From contig NW_026515696.1 of assembly GCF_025526975.1 (NCBI RefSeq), positions 124,001-188,000 on the forward strand: DNA of 64,000 nt. Reading direction: 5' to 3'. Positions 12,751-25,730 of the stretch are shown here, piece by piece. This stretch comes from Fimicolochytrium jonesii (lineage: Eukaryota). Below the pieces are notes generated by a model. It searched no databases, was not told the origin of the DNA, and saw only the letters and a list, made by a program, of their open reading frames with translations. The number at the start of each line of letters is the position of its first letter. Positions within the stretch are counted from its first letter, which is position 1. The position numbers and the translations under genes are program-made.

Positions 12751-13450
12751 TGATACTTTTCTAATACAATATCACACAACGCTGCGTTGAGGTGAAATCT
12801 GTTAGCCAGCAGAGGAACCAGCAGGTACAAATCCCATCATGTCGACGACGTACTATGTACAAAGGGATAGTACGCGTTGCGGCCCTTCGAGGTTAGAGCC
12901 GTTGTGTATAAAAGCGCTTCATCCCTCTCGGTTTTCCCCGGCTGTGACATTCACAATAGGAGCCGACGAGCCACGGATAAGAGTGAAGGACGATAGGATG
13001 AAAGGATCTCTGCTTGATGTGTAACGTAGACTGGCGTTTACAGGGCTCAATAAGGTGATATCCGTATAATGGAGTCGGTGTTCGCGATTTTGGCAGAGGT
13101 ATCGAACTCTTTCTATGCGCTTGGAGATGATGAGCGATGAACTTGCCGACCAGGCATATGCGAGTATGTTCGTTGATAGGTTGGTGGCAAAAACGTAGGT
13201 GTGCGGACTTACTCCGAACATTGATTTGCTGTGGTCGGAACCAATAACACCGCAGCTAAACAGTGCCTCCCGCACAACGCAACCTGTATTGCAATGTTCC
13301 CTCGGAAAGTTGATGCTTATTGGTGGCAACATCCCCGATCACCGAATCAATACGACGTGTTTACAACTCTTTCCTGGCGCGAGCGCTACATCATTCTGAG
13401 TACATACAACAATGATACAAATGAACATCTACATTTGCAGTGCTCTATAT

Positions 13451-14574
13451 CTAAGCCCATCGCCCAATCAAAGCCATCACACCCGCACCAAGCCACATGA
13501 CAAGAAACTGAACAAGCGACTGCTTAGCAGAGCCCATTTTGAACCTCTCCGATGCGAAATGCGGCACAACGATGTTAACCAGCCCGTCGTACAGCAAGAT
13601 GCCCGCAGACAGCGAGTCCAGTACGCCAATAACAATCAAGGTACTCGTAGCGCTGTCATTGAAGGTTTCACGTAGCCCGATCCCGAGGGCAATGCCGACG
13701 GGAGTAGTCAATGAGTAGAACGTCACCATTCCAAACGCCATCGCGCGCTTTTCGAAGTTGGCATCCATAACAACAGTGGATAGAGCGAGCCCTTCGAAGA
13801 GCTGATGGAAGCAAAGGGCCACCAACACCGAGCCAAACTCAGCACGCGCGACGCCGAGGGTCAATCCAACGATGATGGAGTGGGAAGCGATGCCAGCTTC
13901 CAGGATGTGCGTGGTGAGGGTCTTTTCGGCATCGGCGAGAACGAAACTGTGGAAATGGGCTCGGTCGGCGTGGGCAGGCGAGTGGGAGTGGATGCTGTGC
14001 ACTTCAATGTCCATATCTCCTTGACCGCCGGGGATGGATGTTTCGAGACCGCTTCTGGTGGATGTAGGACGGGGCTTCGAGTCATCTGACGTCGGGAGGG
14101 AAGGCAACATGTGGCGACGACGGAGAATGCTGATGCCGACAACTTGAACAAGGTGGGTGAAGAACATGCCCACAAGGGCAATGACGCCCGCCCACGAACC
14201 GTAATCTTGGAATACTTGCGGAAGGCAAGGGCTGGTGAGCGTAGATTGTGCCGGACTATACATGTGAACTAGCGCGGTGGCAAGGATGACACCCGCCCCA
14301 AAGAGTTTGAGAGATTGGAAGGGAAGGTCTCCGAACTGTCACATTGAAGGGCATTCATCAAACACAATTCGAGGAACGAGAACGGAGATGTCATTCAACT
14401 TACATTCATGTTGCAGTATTTCTTGCCGATGATCGGCAGCACGGTGCCAGTGAAAGACACTCCCATGAGAATAAAGACTGCAGCAACATGTAGCGTAAGC
14501 GAATAATCGCCCTCGAAATCCGCAGAACATGCGTCCGGGGCGGCGATAGGGTCTGAAGGATCTGTTGAACCCAT
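13451..14574 (-). CDS. ZIP family (Zrt/Irt-like) zinc/iron transporter, spliced
   Basis: MGSTDP..DYSLTLHVAAVFILMGVS start; LKLFGAGVILATALVH; His-rich loop; LEAGIASHSIIVG and CFHQLFEGLAL signature helices; ends IGRWA. Confidence 0.92.
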
Positions 14575-15329
14575 TTTCAGACGCTGGTATCGAGTGGAAT
14601 TGAGAGAAAGGCCTGAGATAAAAACCAGGACGAGTGCAACTCGTGTATGATTTTTTTATAGGCGGCGGTCGATATGGGAAGAGCCGATTTGGTCCTGGGC
14701 GTGCCCGCTAAGGCGCAACCTGGCAAGCGTGGGTCCCTCCCCGGTTACGACTCCTCCATGTCACGATTTGCGCGTCACTTGTGCACGCTAGTTGCCCCAC
14801 GGTGTGGGGGTCTCACCGGTTACGGCCCCTTTGAACACTTACGGTACGTTCCCAAGGCGGCCAATTGGGCGCCCCGGATCCTGTGACGTTATTCCATCTG
14901 GTTATGGCGTGACGGACGGTCCTCCCATGGTAAAACAACAGTAGTCATCATGTGCGAGCACGGTAAGGGTACGGTCAAACAGCCTCATTGAAGCACTCTT
15001 TGGTAGTGATGTGGGCCAGGGATAGGTACGGACCTGATGGGGTGCACCGCCAGGCAGTGTGTAAGCTGTGTGAACGGCAAAAGCAGTTCCCGGAATTCCT
15101 TGTCCTCACCGAGCAGGGCCTTGCATCTCATTACGCTAGTTCCGTTAGATGAATATTCATTTGTAAGTTTCCGCACGTTATCAGATATACTGGACTCGCA
15201 CAATCACGCGGTCCTTGGGTAACTATGGAGGTACGCGGTCCTGGACTTTTTTGCGAACGCATTGCGTGAGGTCACACGTGTTCCAAGCAATGCAGGTACC
15301 TCACGGGTTATGGCTTTCCGCCACGTCGA

Positions 15330-15600
15330 TGCATTTGCAGAGACGTATCTTGATACCTTACCTGAAGGCTAGGATGGATAGACGAAGCTGATACCGACCA
15401 CTGCGTGGGATACCTTACCGTCAATGCCGCCGAGTGGGGAAGACGATGTTTAGTGCAAACGAGGTTCGGGGAGTTTATCAAACAGTTCCGATCAAGATTC
15501 TACCCCGCAACACCGCGGAAGCAAAGCTACGCTCGCTAAGCGTTGCTGCCAGCATGGCGGATTACATCGCGAAGTTCAATAGCGTCGGGCTCAAATCACA
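15330..15600 (+). mobile_element. Ty3/Gypsy gag remnant
   Basis: LPRNTAEAKLRSL..SMADYIAKF resembles the retrotransposon gag domain (compare CNLRNTIELKLSGL..SLEKYIKEF at ~43.0 kb). Confidence 0.5.
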
Positions 15601-16282
15601 ACGCTCGGAGACCGGGACCAAGCGACCCCGGTCCAATCAGACATGAAATGAACCCTCGCTCGCGAAGGCCAACATCACCTCCCACGTCATGTCCTCGTAA
15701 GTACTTGGTCAATCTACGAGAGGCGTGCGAACAGGGCAGGTGACATGATTTAACAGCAAACAAGATAATGATCGACCTTGCAAAGGGGCGGTTCAGTTGA
15801 AAGCCGGCGTGTTCTGCCGCGCCGATGCGGGATCCGGCTTAAACCCCGCTCAGACCGACCCACTTCACCTTTAACGAGAAGTGCACTTGTCCGCTCGCCA
15901 TAATCGCAGGCGTAATGCAAGCGAGTTCTTTTGGTGTCTGCGCGTACACTCCCAAGGAGATTGAAATGGCTTTGAGTAGGAGTTTTCCGGAGTGAAGGAT
16001 CGGTGCGGTGATTTACAGTAGGAAGACGTGCAGGCCGCAACTTTGCCAACCTAGCCTTCGATGAACATACCGATACTGTATAATGCTGTGGGTCAAACAT
16101 GCTCAGACTCGTATAATGACGAAGGATGACTTGATGAAGCTGAAATCATTGCACCCTCCCCAATTCGGGTATACCCGACTTCCAGCCATGAGGTCACTCC
16201 ATGTGAGGGGCCTTCACCAATTTCATCAATTTCACACATCTATTTCGTGCAAACCCGTAATTGAATAACGACAACAACGATC

Positions 16283-19153
16283 TCAAAACTGTAATTTGAT
16301 CAGCATAATTGTGGAGTCAAAAAGGATATGAAATAGGGTAAGAGCAGCAAACACCGCCATGTCCGGGTACCGCTGAATGATCTTCCGGTATTCACCCCAT
16401 ACGGTTGCGCCGGTGGTCATGTACACCCACCAATGTCCGAAGGCGCTTGCAACAATCTCCATTGTGAACGTGAAGCATGTTTGGAACACCATGCGGTTGA
16501 ATGCTTCATCCGAACTGAAGAAGGGTTCTAGCGTGCGATAATGGCGGCCATTAGGCAATTCGCGGAGAAGGCATAGCGAGGATATGAATGCTATCATTGT
16601 GATGCCGCGGGCGAGACAGCCGTGAGCTTCCGAAATTCGGTGCATGTGGACATGTGCAGGCCACTTGTCTGGGCTGACGGGAGTGCTCAAATGTGACGGT
16701 GTTCGGCATGGAAGCCGACTGACTGCCGGAGGAGCAGCCTTTGAATGCGGATGTGCATTCAAATCCGCCTTGTGCGTCGTAGACGTACCAAGAGGCGCAT
16801 CTTCGGTCACAGCCTGCTGATTCCGCCGTGGAATGATATGGTGCGAAGCGGATGCCTGCAAGGGGGTGGCGCTGCGAGATACCGAGCTTCTCCGTGGCTG
16901 TCTGTGCACCGGAGAAAGTGACCGCTGTGGTCTTATCGGCGTGCACGCTTCCATGTCTCTGTCATCGATTTCCTTCGCCTACAATTCCATATCAGAAACC
17001 CCAAATGTCCGAGTTGTGATATAGCGAAGTACGTACCACTTCAGGATCGTCGTTCGAACTTATACATTCATTCTCTATGGCCGGTGATTCGTCAAACAAG
17101 AAACCTTTAACCGCACACCTGCCCGTATGGTCGGAGGTAGGCGACGGGGCCACAAAGTCAGGATCGGCACTTTCGAAGGGGGCTTCCACCGACTGCTGAT
17201 AGCAATTACTCAAATCTACGATCTTGTCCGGACTCGTGAGTTCCACAACCCGTCCTTCTTCGGTGGAATGGCGAGGCCTCAGGTCGCCACTTCGGTATTG
17301 GTTGGCTACCCTCCAACCGCGAATTATTTTTAAGCCGACTTGATCCCATAGATCTGTAAGCGTCAGGGCGATCATAAGAAAGCGCTGCGCCAGGAAATCA
17401 GGGAAATAGATGAATGTCACTAATTTGGAACTACCAGCAGCTCCGTTCTGGCCATTTGTGCCGAACTAACCTGACAACCATAGAGCATGCCGAATACGGG
17501 AATAACCCATGAAGATGGAGCACGATCCATCGTGTAGATATTATTGAGGACTAGATAATATTATTGAAAACATAGCCATGGCGTTGTTAGGGTGGATCCA
17601 CCAGGAAGAAAACTATCGGTCCTTTTGCCTTGCGACATTGTAATACTCACACATGGAATGCAGAAGGGTGCCGAAGAAATCTCCACCGATTGCAAGATGC
17701 GTTACACTAAGGTACGGTAGCAAGCATACTTGTCAACGTCGGCTACAAACATACGTCCAAAACAATGGAGGTGTACATTACTTCATCTTTGTCCCAATGT
17801 AGTTTGCTGCAAAGCGGGTGGCCACTTGGAACACGTTTGTGAAGGTATGGATGCAGCCTGAACCAGCATTTCAGGAAGGACACGGATGCGCGCCGGAATG
17901 AATTCAGGTGAGACAACATTTGGCACCCTATCCAATGTCACTGCCAGCTACCTGCCTACATAGTTCAATGATGGGCGAATACGGTGCGTGTTCGAAATAG
18001 AAATACGTCAGGATCTGTCAATCAATTATTAGGTAAACCGAACGTGTAAGAGCCTGTATACCAGAAATTTGTTAGTAGAACTTACTTGGCCCATGTAGTA
18101 AAGTCCCAAAAACACGCTGAGGTGGACCATCATCCAAAGCATGGTACGCAGCGGTATCGACTTGGTTGGCGGTGAGCGCATGTTTTCGTTTCCATCGATG
18201 CTGTTACGGCAGGCTTTCTCCGCCACCGATCCACCAGTTGGTGCGCACCTGGAATTTGCTGTGATCGGAGACCCTGGGGGAGTCCTGGCGGACCCTTGCT
18301 TCACTTCCGGATCAGATGCGTTGATTGTATCAAGCTGAGGGTCATTTGCCATTTGGGAAACCACGGTAGAGGCAAAGTTTGGAATCGACCCGGCGCCTGG
18401 CTTAACGTTCCGGATAGCGCCGTAAAGCATTCCGTAGCTTCCGCCGAATACGATAAGTCCGCATACCCATACTTTGGATGTGATGACTTGTGGATGGATT
18501 GTGTACATTAGATGATTCAAGCCAACGGTTATGACTAGTGTCGGTATTGCTAACCCTCCCACAGCATCCATATATCCCACTGGCCAAAGATCCGGAGAAT
18601 AGAAGTGCAGATAATACCCACCGCACAATATGGAGGACACCACATAGCACGGAAGCAACGCTAAGGTATACACCGAATAACTGATCGGAGGTCCATCGGG
18701 GTAGTTAATCGACAGATCGGTAGAGATTTGTTGACTCCCGGATCTCGCTCCCGAACTGGGCGAAAGTGGTATGCAGAGGATCCCGAGCCAAGCGAATAAA
18801 GCCGCCGAGAACATCGTCCATGTCGTCAGCAGGGGATATAGCGTGACACTGCAATTCACCATATCGCGCAACGAGCGGATGGGCTTGGGCGTCGTGCCAT
18901 TCACTTGCGAAGAAGCAGGGAGTTCCATTAGCTGTGGACCGGCAACGTAGTACCAAAGCCACGGAAAGAATGTCGTTGGCGGCGACGGATACGTATTCGA
19001 TTCAAACGCCCTGGGGCCATTATGGGAAGGTGGAGCTGCGGGCTGCGGGTTTTGGCGGCGCGACGAGGGCAGGCGAACAATATCGTTGGCGCATTCTAGT
19101 TCGGCCTCAGGTATGTTCGACGTCGAGCGTATGCGTTCCGGTGGCATGCCCAT
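16283..19153 (-). CDS. Multi-pass membrane protein of unknown function, several exons
   Basis: Hydrophobic helices in ORFs 18029..19156, 16992..17420 and 16283..16954 separated by polar loops; GTAAGT donor near 18086; internal exon boundaries not resolved. Confidence 0.6.
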
Positions 19154-19975
19154 CACAGAAGCGGTCGCTCAAGTGAACGGGGTCGTTGTTTGTGGAGTCT
19201 TATGCCATAGGACAGTGCGGGACAACGGGGTGTGGGTGGGATATGCAACCTCTATGCAGGGAGGGAGCAACGCGCGACTCAGGTCCACCCTGGCTGCGCC
19301 ACCCAAACGCTCTACGCGTTACCTTAAGGCACAATTAGGGAAATTAAAGCAGTTTCCTCACAAAACCCTCTTTTTTGAGCAGCCATACCATCCCACAGAC
19401 ATATATTGAACTCCTACGAACCTTCGCATTAGTCTATGTTGGCGACGGCGGCCTATAATACTATATATATATAGACTTCGTCGAAGTATTCATCCGGTCC
19501 AAGATCTCCATCCTAAAGATGACTTCTATATATTATTGGGACAGTGGCACAACATAATAGGCATAAATATCATATCCCGCTGATTCAGGATCCATAGGCT
19601 GCTACCTCCGTCTTCAAGGGAATATCACCACCCTCCCCGCCCGCTCTACTCCCTCTTTAAGCCTATCGGAAGGCTCGTCAGGGAGAGAAAACACCGCGGG
19701 GAAGGGTGAAAAGGGGAGAGAAGGAGGGGGCGCGAAGAAGGGCGGAGTTTGGCTCCCCCTCACTGTCAGTCGCATCCTGTCAATTCGGGACCCCCGTCCC
19801 ACTCTCCCCTCTCACTCTGCCTCGCACCACGGACAGAGTATATTCTGCATTCCGTCTGGAAGGCGCTGGTTGGGGTCTATGGATGTGGGAGAGTAAAAAC
19901 CCTATGGCGATAATCATGCTACGAAAAGAACGAGACGGCAGACTCCCCACCACCACCAGCACCACCACTCAATCC

Positions 19976-22900
19976 ATGCCTTCCCTTTCTGCGGACACCC
20001 CTCTCAGAGTCGCAAAATACCACTCCTCCAACAACAACCCCTTCCCGTTCCCGCATCCCCGCGTCCAGGCTCACAGAAAACCCTTTCCGTCGCCCGATAT
20101 CACCACCACCCTTAGACGAGCTCATTCTAGCTCATCCGCACATAACAGAATCCGAGATCGTGCACGACTCATCTCTTCGTCGCCCGATAGGGAAAAGGAC
20201 TCACGAGACATACCGCCACCCACGATCCCAACCCTGTCCTCCCTCAAACGCCACCACCGCTCGGATCAAACGACACATTGGACCCATGGCGCAACGATCA
20301 AAGTCGGGCTCAATCTGGCCACTGTTGCTGACTCCGCTTCCACTGTCACATATCCCGAAAACAACTCATCACTCAAATGGACCACCGCTACCACCAGCGA
20401 TATCGACATTGAGCGAAGTAGACATTTGGCGTCGACATCACCATCGTCGCTGGGCAGCGGGCAAAATACCCCTCCCCCAGACAGTCACATCCCGACGAGG
20501 TTTCACAACGGGGGTAAAATCGATACCCAATTATATCGCCCTCGCTCGCTTACCAGTGCCAGCCCCAAATCCCCGCCACCAACACAACAACAACAGCTTC
20601 ATCAAATACCGCGATCAAGCCCATTACCCGACGTAATCTCCCACACCTCCCACCTCCCCACTCCACCACGTTCCCGCGACCCACCCGCACCAGGCATCTC
20701 ACCCACGCTCGACACCGACTCGGACTCCGACGATGAAGCAACCCGCGCCGAAATCACCCACATAGTCCACTCTCTCCTCGGCCCCACCATCCCAACCCTC
20801 CGCATCAGCGGCGGGCCCTCACCACCGACTTGCTCCACGCCACCGCGAATCCACACCCTCCCCCTCCCCCTCGCCCACATCTCCCCCACCCTCCGCCACA
20901 TCCACATCGCCTCCACCCCCGGCTTCCGCGAACACACCCACGCCCTCCTCCACCTCCCCTCCATACCCGACGACGTCATGGATGAGGTCGTCGCGTACCT
21001 CTTTTGGCGGTATGTTCACCACCACACTCCTCTGACCAACGACGAGACAGTGTTCCGACCCAAAACGGAACTGCTGTTGGAGTTGATGGAGGCCGCTGTG
21101 TATCTATCCCTCCCCGACCTAGTCGAGATCTGTGTCAAGGGGGTCGTGGCGCATTTCGATGGTATGCCCCCCTTTTGCTTTTGGATGTTTTTTTTGGTTT
21201 CATTTGCATATCCGTCGCTCAAATGTTTGCATTTCGAATTAGCTGTAACAACCCTCTCAACCGTCCTCCGCCCGCTCACACGCACCCTCCTCTCCCGCCT
21301 GCCCATCGCCGACCTCGCCATCGCGGAGCTGGATCTCGTTCATTCCATCCCATCCCCCTCTTCTGCGTGTGATGCAGCCACATTGGATAGGGAGGGCCTG
21401 CCGCGACCGCGGGTCGATACCACGGGGATGTGGATGCGCGCGGCTGTGCGGCTGCTGGCGTGTCGGGCGGACGGGGTCGCAGGGGTACCCGATGTCGAGT
21501 CGTGCGGGGGTGAGGAGGCGTGGATGTGGACCCCGCACACACCCCGCCGGCTCTGTGTCACCACCTACATCACCCAATCGCTACACCCCTCCCGTCTGAA
21601 TCCCGCGACACCGGAGCAGAGGGGGAAGCTTATGCGGATTGTGGGGTTCGCGGCCGGGTGGATGCGGACGTTGTGTTTGAGCGTTACGGGGGAGGTGACG
21701 GGGGAGGTTGTGGGGTTTTGGGGGGTTGTTATGGGTGTTTTGGGGGTGAGGACGGTGGAGATTATGGTTGAGGGTGGGGCGGAGGGGATGGTGAGGCCGG
21801 TGTTGGGTGTGATACCACAGGGTGTGGCGGATGTGAAGGTTGTGATGTGTGATGGCGGGGATGTAGATTGGCCGGGGTTGGTGTGCCGGACCGAAAGTGC
21901 GGATAAAGGCCCGAGTGCGATACAGAACCTTCGGAAACAGGTTCTGAAACCCCTGGTGAGGAACGGGAAGGGATACGATCCGGCGTTTCTGCGACGGGCA
22001 TGTGCTGCTGCGATGCCCACCCAACCCGTGTCGGATCCGATGACCACGACGTCGGCTCGGAGAATCCACCTGCGTATCACCCCGTCAGCATCTACCCTAC
22101 CATCGGCACCTCCCCCAGGACTTACAGCCCTCCTGCCGCACCTAACTTCCCTCCACCTCACCCACCACGCCCTCCCCGCACATTCAACCCGCTCCCTCGC
22201 CCTCGCCCTCCCACACGCAACGCACCTCACATGTCTCGCTCTCCCACATTGCAACCTCGGCCCAGCGGGTATCGCGTGCATCGTCGCCGCTCTCGGGAAA
22301 ATGAGTGCACCTCTCACGACGTTGGATATATCATACAACATCTCCGAGGGTGCGGACCCGAAGGTGGACATGGACGAGACAGGGGGCGTCGCGTACGTAG
22401 AGCCCGTCACCGCCGCCCGGCTCCTATCAACCCACATCCGGCACCACGGCCTGAAAGAGCTCAAACTCGCCGGCAACGCGTTCACGACGCCCGGGTGGGT
22501 CGCTATCCTCGACGCAGTAGGCTCCACACGTCGGTCCTCATCCTCCCCGCACCCCACTCCCCATGTTCCAACAACGGTGTTGGATATCGGCGGCATGCAT
22601 CTCGGCGGGGTTGTGGGCGCCCTCAAAGCGTGCGTGGGAGACGGCGACGGGGAGTCCCCGATGGAGCTGGATTTGACCCGGACCTGGGTCCTCCCGCGGA
22701 CACTTGCGGCCCTCCTGTCCCCGAGCTCGGTCCTCACACATCTCACATCGCTGACCCTCGACGCCGCGCCCTCCTCGCCCACCCTCCACGACGCCGGTTT
22801 TGCCATCCTGCTCAACGCGCTCCTCGCGCAATCACAATCACATACGGACAGCAACGCAGCACCCCTCCGACATGTCTCGGCTGCTCACCAGGCCATCACG

Positions 22901-23170
22901 TCCGCCAGCGCACCCCTCCTCCGCTCCGCCATAGGGACCAGCAGGGTCGCGCGCTGGAGACTATGTCATAATCAAATCGACGACAGTGGTGTCCGTGCAC
23001 TCCTGTCTGACAATCATACGTGTGAGTCTGGGACGGCGGTGGTGGTGGTGGTGGTGGATTTAACCGGGAATGATGTGAGTGGTGAGTGTGGGCGGTGGTG
23101 TGAGGACAGGACGGGTGGAAGGGGGGGCGGGGTGTGGGTTGTTGGGGTTGGGAGGGCGAGGCGGGGGTGA
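19976..23170 (+). CDS. Protein with disordered N-terminus, BTB/Skp1/elongin C-like segment and RNI-like leucine-rich repeats
   Basis: LPSIPDDVMDEVVAYL..LLELMEAAVYLSLPDLVEIC; LRRs such as LTCLALPHCNLG, LTTLDISYN, LKELKLAGN, LCHNQIDDSG; probable in-frame intron ~21162-21243. Confidence 0.7.
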   Translation: MPSLSADTPLRVAKYHSSNNNPFPFPHPRVQAHRKPFPSPDITTTLRRAHSSSSAHNRIRDRARLISSSPDREKDSRDIPPPTIPTLSSLKRHHRSDQTTHWTHGATIKVGLNLATVADSASTVTYPENNSSLKWTTATTSDIDIERSRHLASTSPSSLGSGQNTPPPDSHIPTRFHNGGKIDTQLYRPRSLTSASPKSPPPTQQQQLHQIPRSSPLPDVISHTSHLPTPPRSRDPPAPGISPTLDTDSDSDDEATRAEITHIVHSLLGPTIPTLRISGGPSPPTCSTPPRIHTLPLPLAHISPTLRHIHIASTPGFREHTHALLHLPSIPDDVMDEVVAYLFWRYVHHHTPLTNDETVFRPKTELLLELMEAAVYLSLPDLVEICVKGVVAHFDGMPPFCFWMFFLVSFAYPSLKCLHFELAVTTLSTVLRPLTRTLLSRLPIADLAIAELDLVHSIPSPSSACDAATLDREGLPRPRVDTTGMWMRAAVRLLACRADGVAGVPDVESCGGEEAWMWTPHTPRRLCVTTYITQSLHPSRLNPATPEQRGKLMRIVGFAAGWMRTLCLSVTGEVTGEVVGFWGVVMGVLGVRTVEIMVEGGAEGMVRPVLGVIPQGVADVKVVMCDGGDVDWPGLVCRTESADKGPSAIQNLRKQVLKPLVRNGKGYDPAFLRRACAAAMPTQPVSDPMTTTSARRIHLRITPSASTLPSAPPPGLTALLPHLTSLHLTHHALPAHSTRSLALALPHATHLTCLALPHCNLGPAGIACIVAALGKMSAPLTTLDISYNISEGADPKVDMDETGGVAYVEPVTAARLLSTHIRHHGLKELKLAGNAFTTPGWVAILDAVGSTRRSSSSPHPTPHVPTTVLDIGGMHLGGVVGALKACVGDGDGESPMELDLTRTWVLPRTLAALLSPSSVLTHLTSLTLDAAPSSPTLHDAGFAILLNALLAQSQSHTDSNAAPLRHVSAAHQAITSASAPLLRSAIGTSRVARWRLCHNQIDDSGVRALLSDNHTCESGTAVVVVVVDLTGNDVSGECGRWCEDRTGGRGGGVWVVGVGRARRG

Positions 23171-23837
23171 GAGCGAGGTCTTGAGTGAGCGTGGAGGGGG
23201 AACAGGAAATAGGGGTGTGGTGATGGGGGATAGCGAGAGAGTGTTATATCACGGGGGGGTGAGTGTATATATACATCATACATAACAGATTCCGTGCGTT
23301 ATGGGACATGGGGTTTATGGAGAACTTGAACGGCTTCTCGGATCCGCCGGGGAGGCCTACTCCTGCAGGAGGGATCGTCGCTGGGGGGGTCCTTTGTCTG
23401 CCTCCCGCAGGCGCCGGGTGTTCAGAAGGACACTCCGTGGGAGAGAACAGAAACGCGTCGCTTGCTTACGTGTGCGGAAAACGCGTCCTGCATCCGCTTG
23501 TTTTACCGCCCGCGTCCCAATAGATCTAACAGAGCGGCATTGAGCGGGACTGTGGGTTGCGTACGGCTATCTTTTGTGGATGGGTCGGGAGCAGGTTCTC
23601 CGCGGCACTACGGCCTTCGCTCAACTTTCTGTTTCTTTTGGTATGGCCGTGAAGCAAGAATATATTTGAGGAACAACTCTCCTGTGTGGCCCATACGTTT
23701 ATGAGAATCTTGACATGCCGATTGCCAATCATGAACAGGTGCTACGCTATCTACGCTGAGAGGGGAACGTTACAGATCTATTCTTTCTGGTGCATGAAGT
23801 AAACTGACTAGGTCGGTTCACACAAACGACCGACCAT

Positions 23838-25266
23838 CTACTTCTCCCCACCCCCCAACCACCTCCAAACCACCGAAAAGTCCTTCCCCCTCCCCACCTC
23901 ACTACTTGCAACCTCTCTGTAAACCCCCTCCGCGGCCCTCCCCACATTCACATTTACACCCGTCTCCTCCGCCGCCGCCATCGCCAACCCCAGATCCTTC
24001 GCCATAAGCGCCGAGCCGAACCCACCGTTGTAATCGTTGGAGGAAGGCACATGGGGCAGGATGTTGGGGACGGGAGGGTAGGTGTCGGAGACCCAGGTGC
24101 GGCCGGAGGAGGTGTTGAGGATTTTGAGGAGGAGGGACGGGGGGAGGGAGAGGGATTCGCCCTGGGGGGAATCATAGGGGAGGTGTGTTGAGTGAGGGAA
24201 AAGGGATATAGAGAAGGATAATATCTTGCACTTACCAACTTCAAGGCCTCGCTGGCGCCAACCATACTGATCCCCAACATCATGTTGTTGCAGATTTTGG
24301 CGGCTTGGCCTGTCCCGATGGTGCCGCAGGCGTGGATGGTCTTGCCCATGTGTTGGAGGAACTGTTTGGCGGCGTCCAAATCGGCGGGGGTTTTGCTGCC
24401 GACCATGAAGGTCAGCGTGCCGGCGTTTGCTGCGGTTGTGCCTGAGGAATGGAGGGAAATGGGAACATGGGAGTGTGAGATTTCACGGAGCGGTACATCT
24501 CGGCCATCCTACCACCGCCTCTCCAGCACACATACCACCAGAAACAGGCGCATCAACCATCTTCCCCCCTTTATCCGCGACCCACCCGGCCACCTCCTTC
24601 GCCGTCTTCACATCAATCGTACTACAATCAATGCACAGCGTCCCGGGTTTCAACCCCTTAATCAGCTGCTCATACACCGCGCGCACATGCTTCCCCGCCG
24701 GCAGCATCGTCACAATCACGTCGGATTGGGCGGCAATGTCGGAGGGGTTCGCGAGGGATGTTATAGGGGTTGTGGCTTTGGGGGTGGTGGAGGATGGGAC
24801 TGTGTCGATGAAACGCGTAAGTGTCGAGGGATTGCTGTCGGCGATGACCCATTTGTGGGTGGAGGCCGTTGCGCGGTACAGGTTGGCGGCCATGCCGTAG
24901 CCCATCTGCCCGAGGCCGATGAAGCCGATCTAGATAAAGGTTGGAGATGCAGATGCCTTAGGCTGGGGTTGCAAATGGACGGCCCTTCCTCTTGCATTTT
25001 GCACAGTAGATCCCTCCTCCGTCATCTCCGGGTGACCAACCCCCTAACTTGCACGACACCCACCTTCCCAGCCGGCCCTATCAAGCCAAAAAGAAAAGAA
25101 AACACTTGGTCAGCACAGAGTGCGATGGCAGCGGATGACTGCACGAACTTCAAGCCGGGACCCCCATACCTGTAGAATACATCCTGCGTGGCGACTTGAC
25201 ACCAGCCGCCGGGGCGACGGCCTGCGTGCGCACGACATTGTGGTAGAGAGCTCGTAGGACTGTCAT
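23838..25266 (-). CDS. 3-hydroxyisobutyrate dehydrogenase (HIBADH/MmsB family), spliced, mitochondrial-type leader
   Basis: GFIGLGQMGYGMAANL; TMLP; IDCSTI; DAPVSGG; TLTFMVG; GTGQAAKICNNMMLG; YNGGFGSALMAKDLGLA; KDFSVV. Confidence 0.93.
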
Positions 25267-25730
25267 CGTATGTATCGGGAGGGGTGCTGTTTGGGGATGA
25301 GTCGAAGGAAGGAGGGAGTCCAAATATACAAAAGGGGAAAAGTCACACCTCCCAGCGGACACCCTCGTGACCCTCCCATATTACGCTGTCAAATAAGCTG
25401 TCATTTTTCGGGCGACGACGAGGAACAACCCCCCTTGGACTCGGACGACGACGAAGAGGGCTGCATTGGTATTGGGAGACCATTTCCATAGGAAAACATG
25501 AAGCCAAAATGAATGATGATTATGCCAAAATGGTATAAAATTGAGGAATCTCCGCATTCCAAAGCCGAGAAGCCCATGAGAAAAAAGTATGCACAGGAAG
25601 ATGATAAACCAAGAATGACAAGTATGTACAAGTGAAGTGCCGTGCCCCCGAAATATCTCACAAGCATGTCGCTGGGTGTCGGCATGAAGAAAGACTCCCA
25701 AAAGCGAGTGAATCGTAAGTGATGACGGAT

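Noticed and set aside
13020..13340. Degenerate RT fragment
   Set aside because: Only a faint GLNKV-like match; not supportable
21565..22971. Long antisense and alternate-frame ORFs (429 aa, 323 aa)
   Set aside because: Shadows of the GC-rich LRR coding sequence
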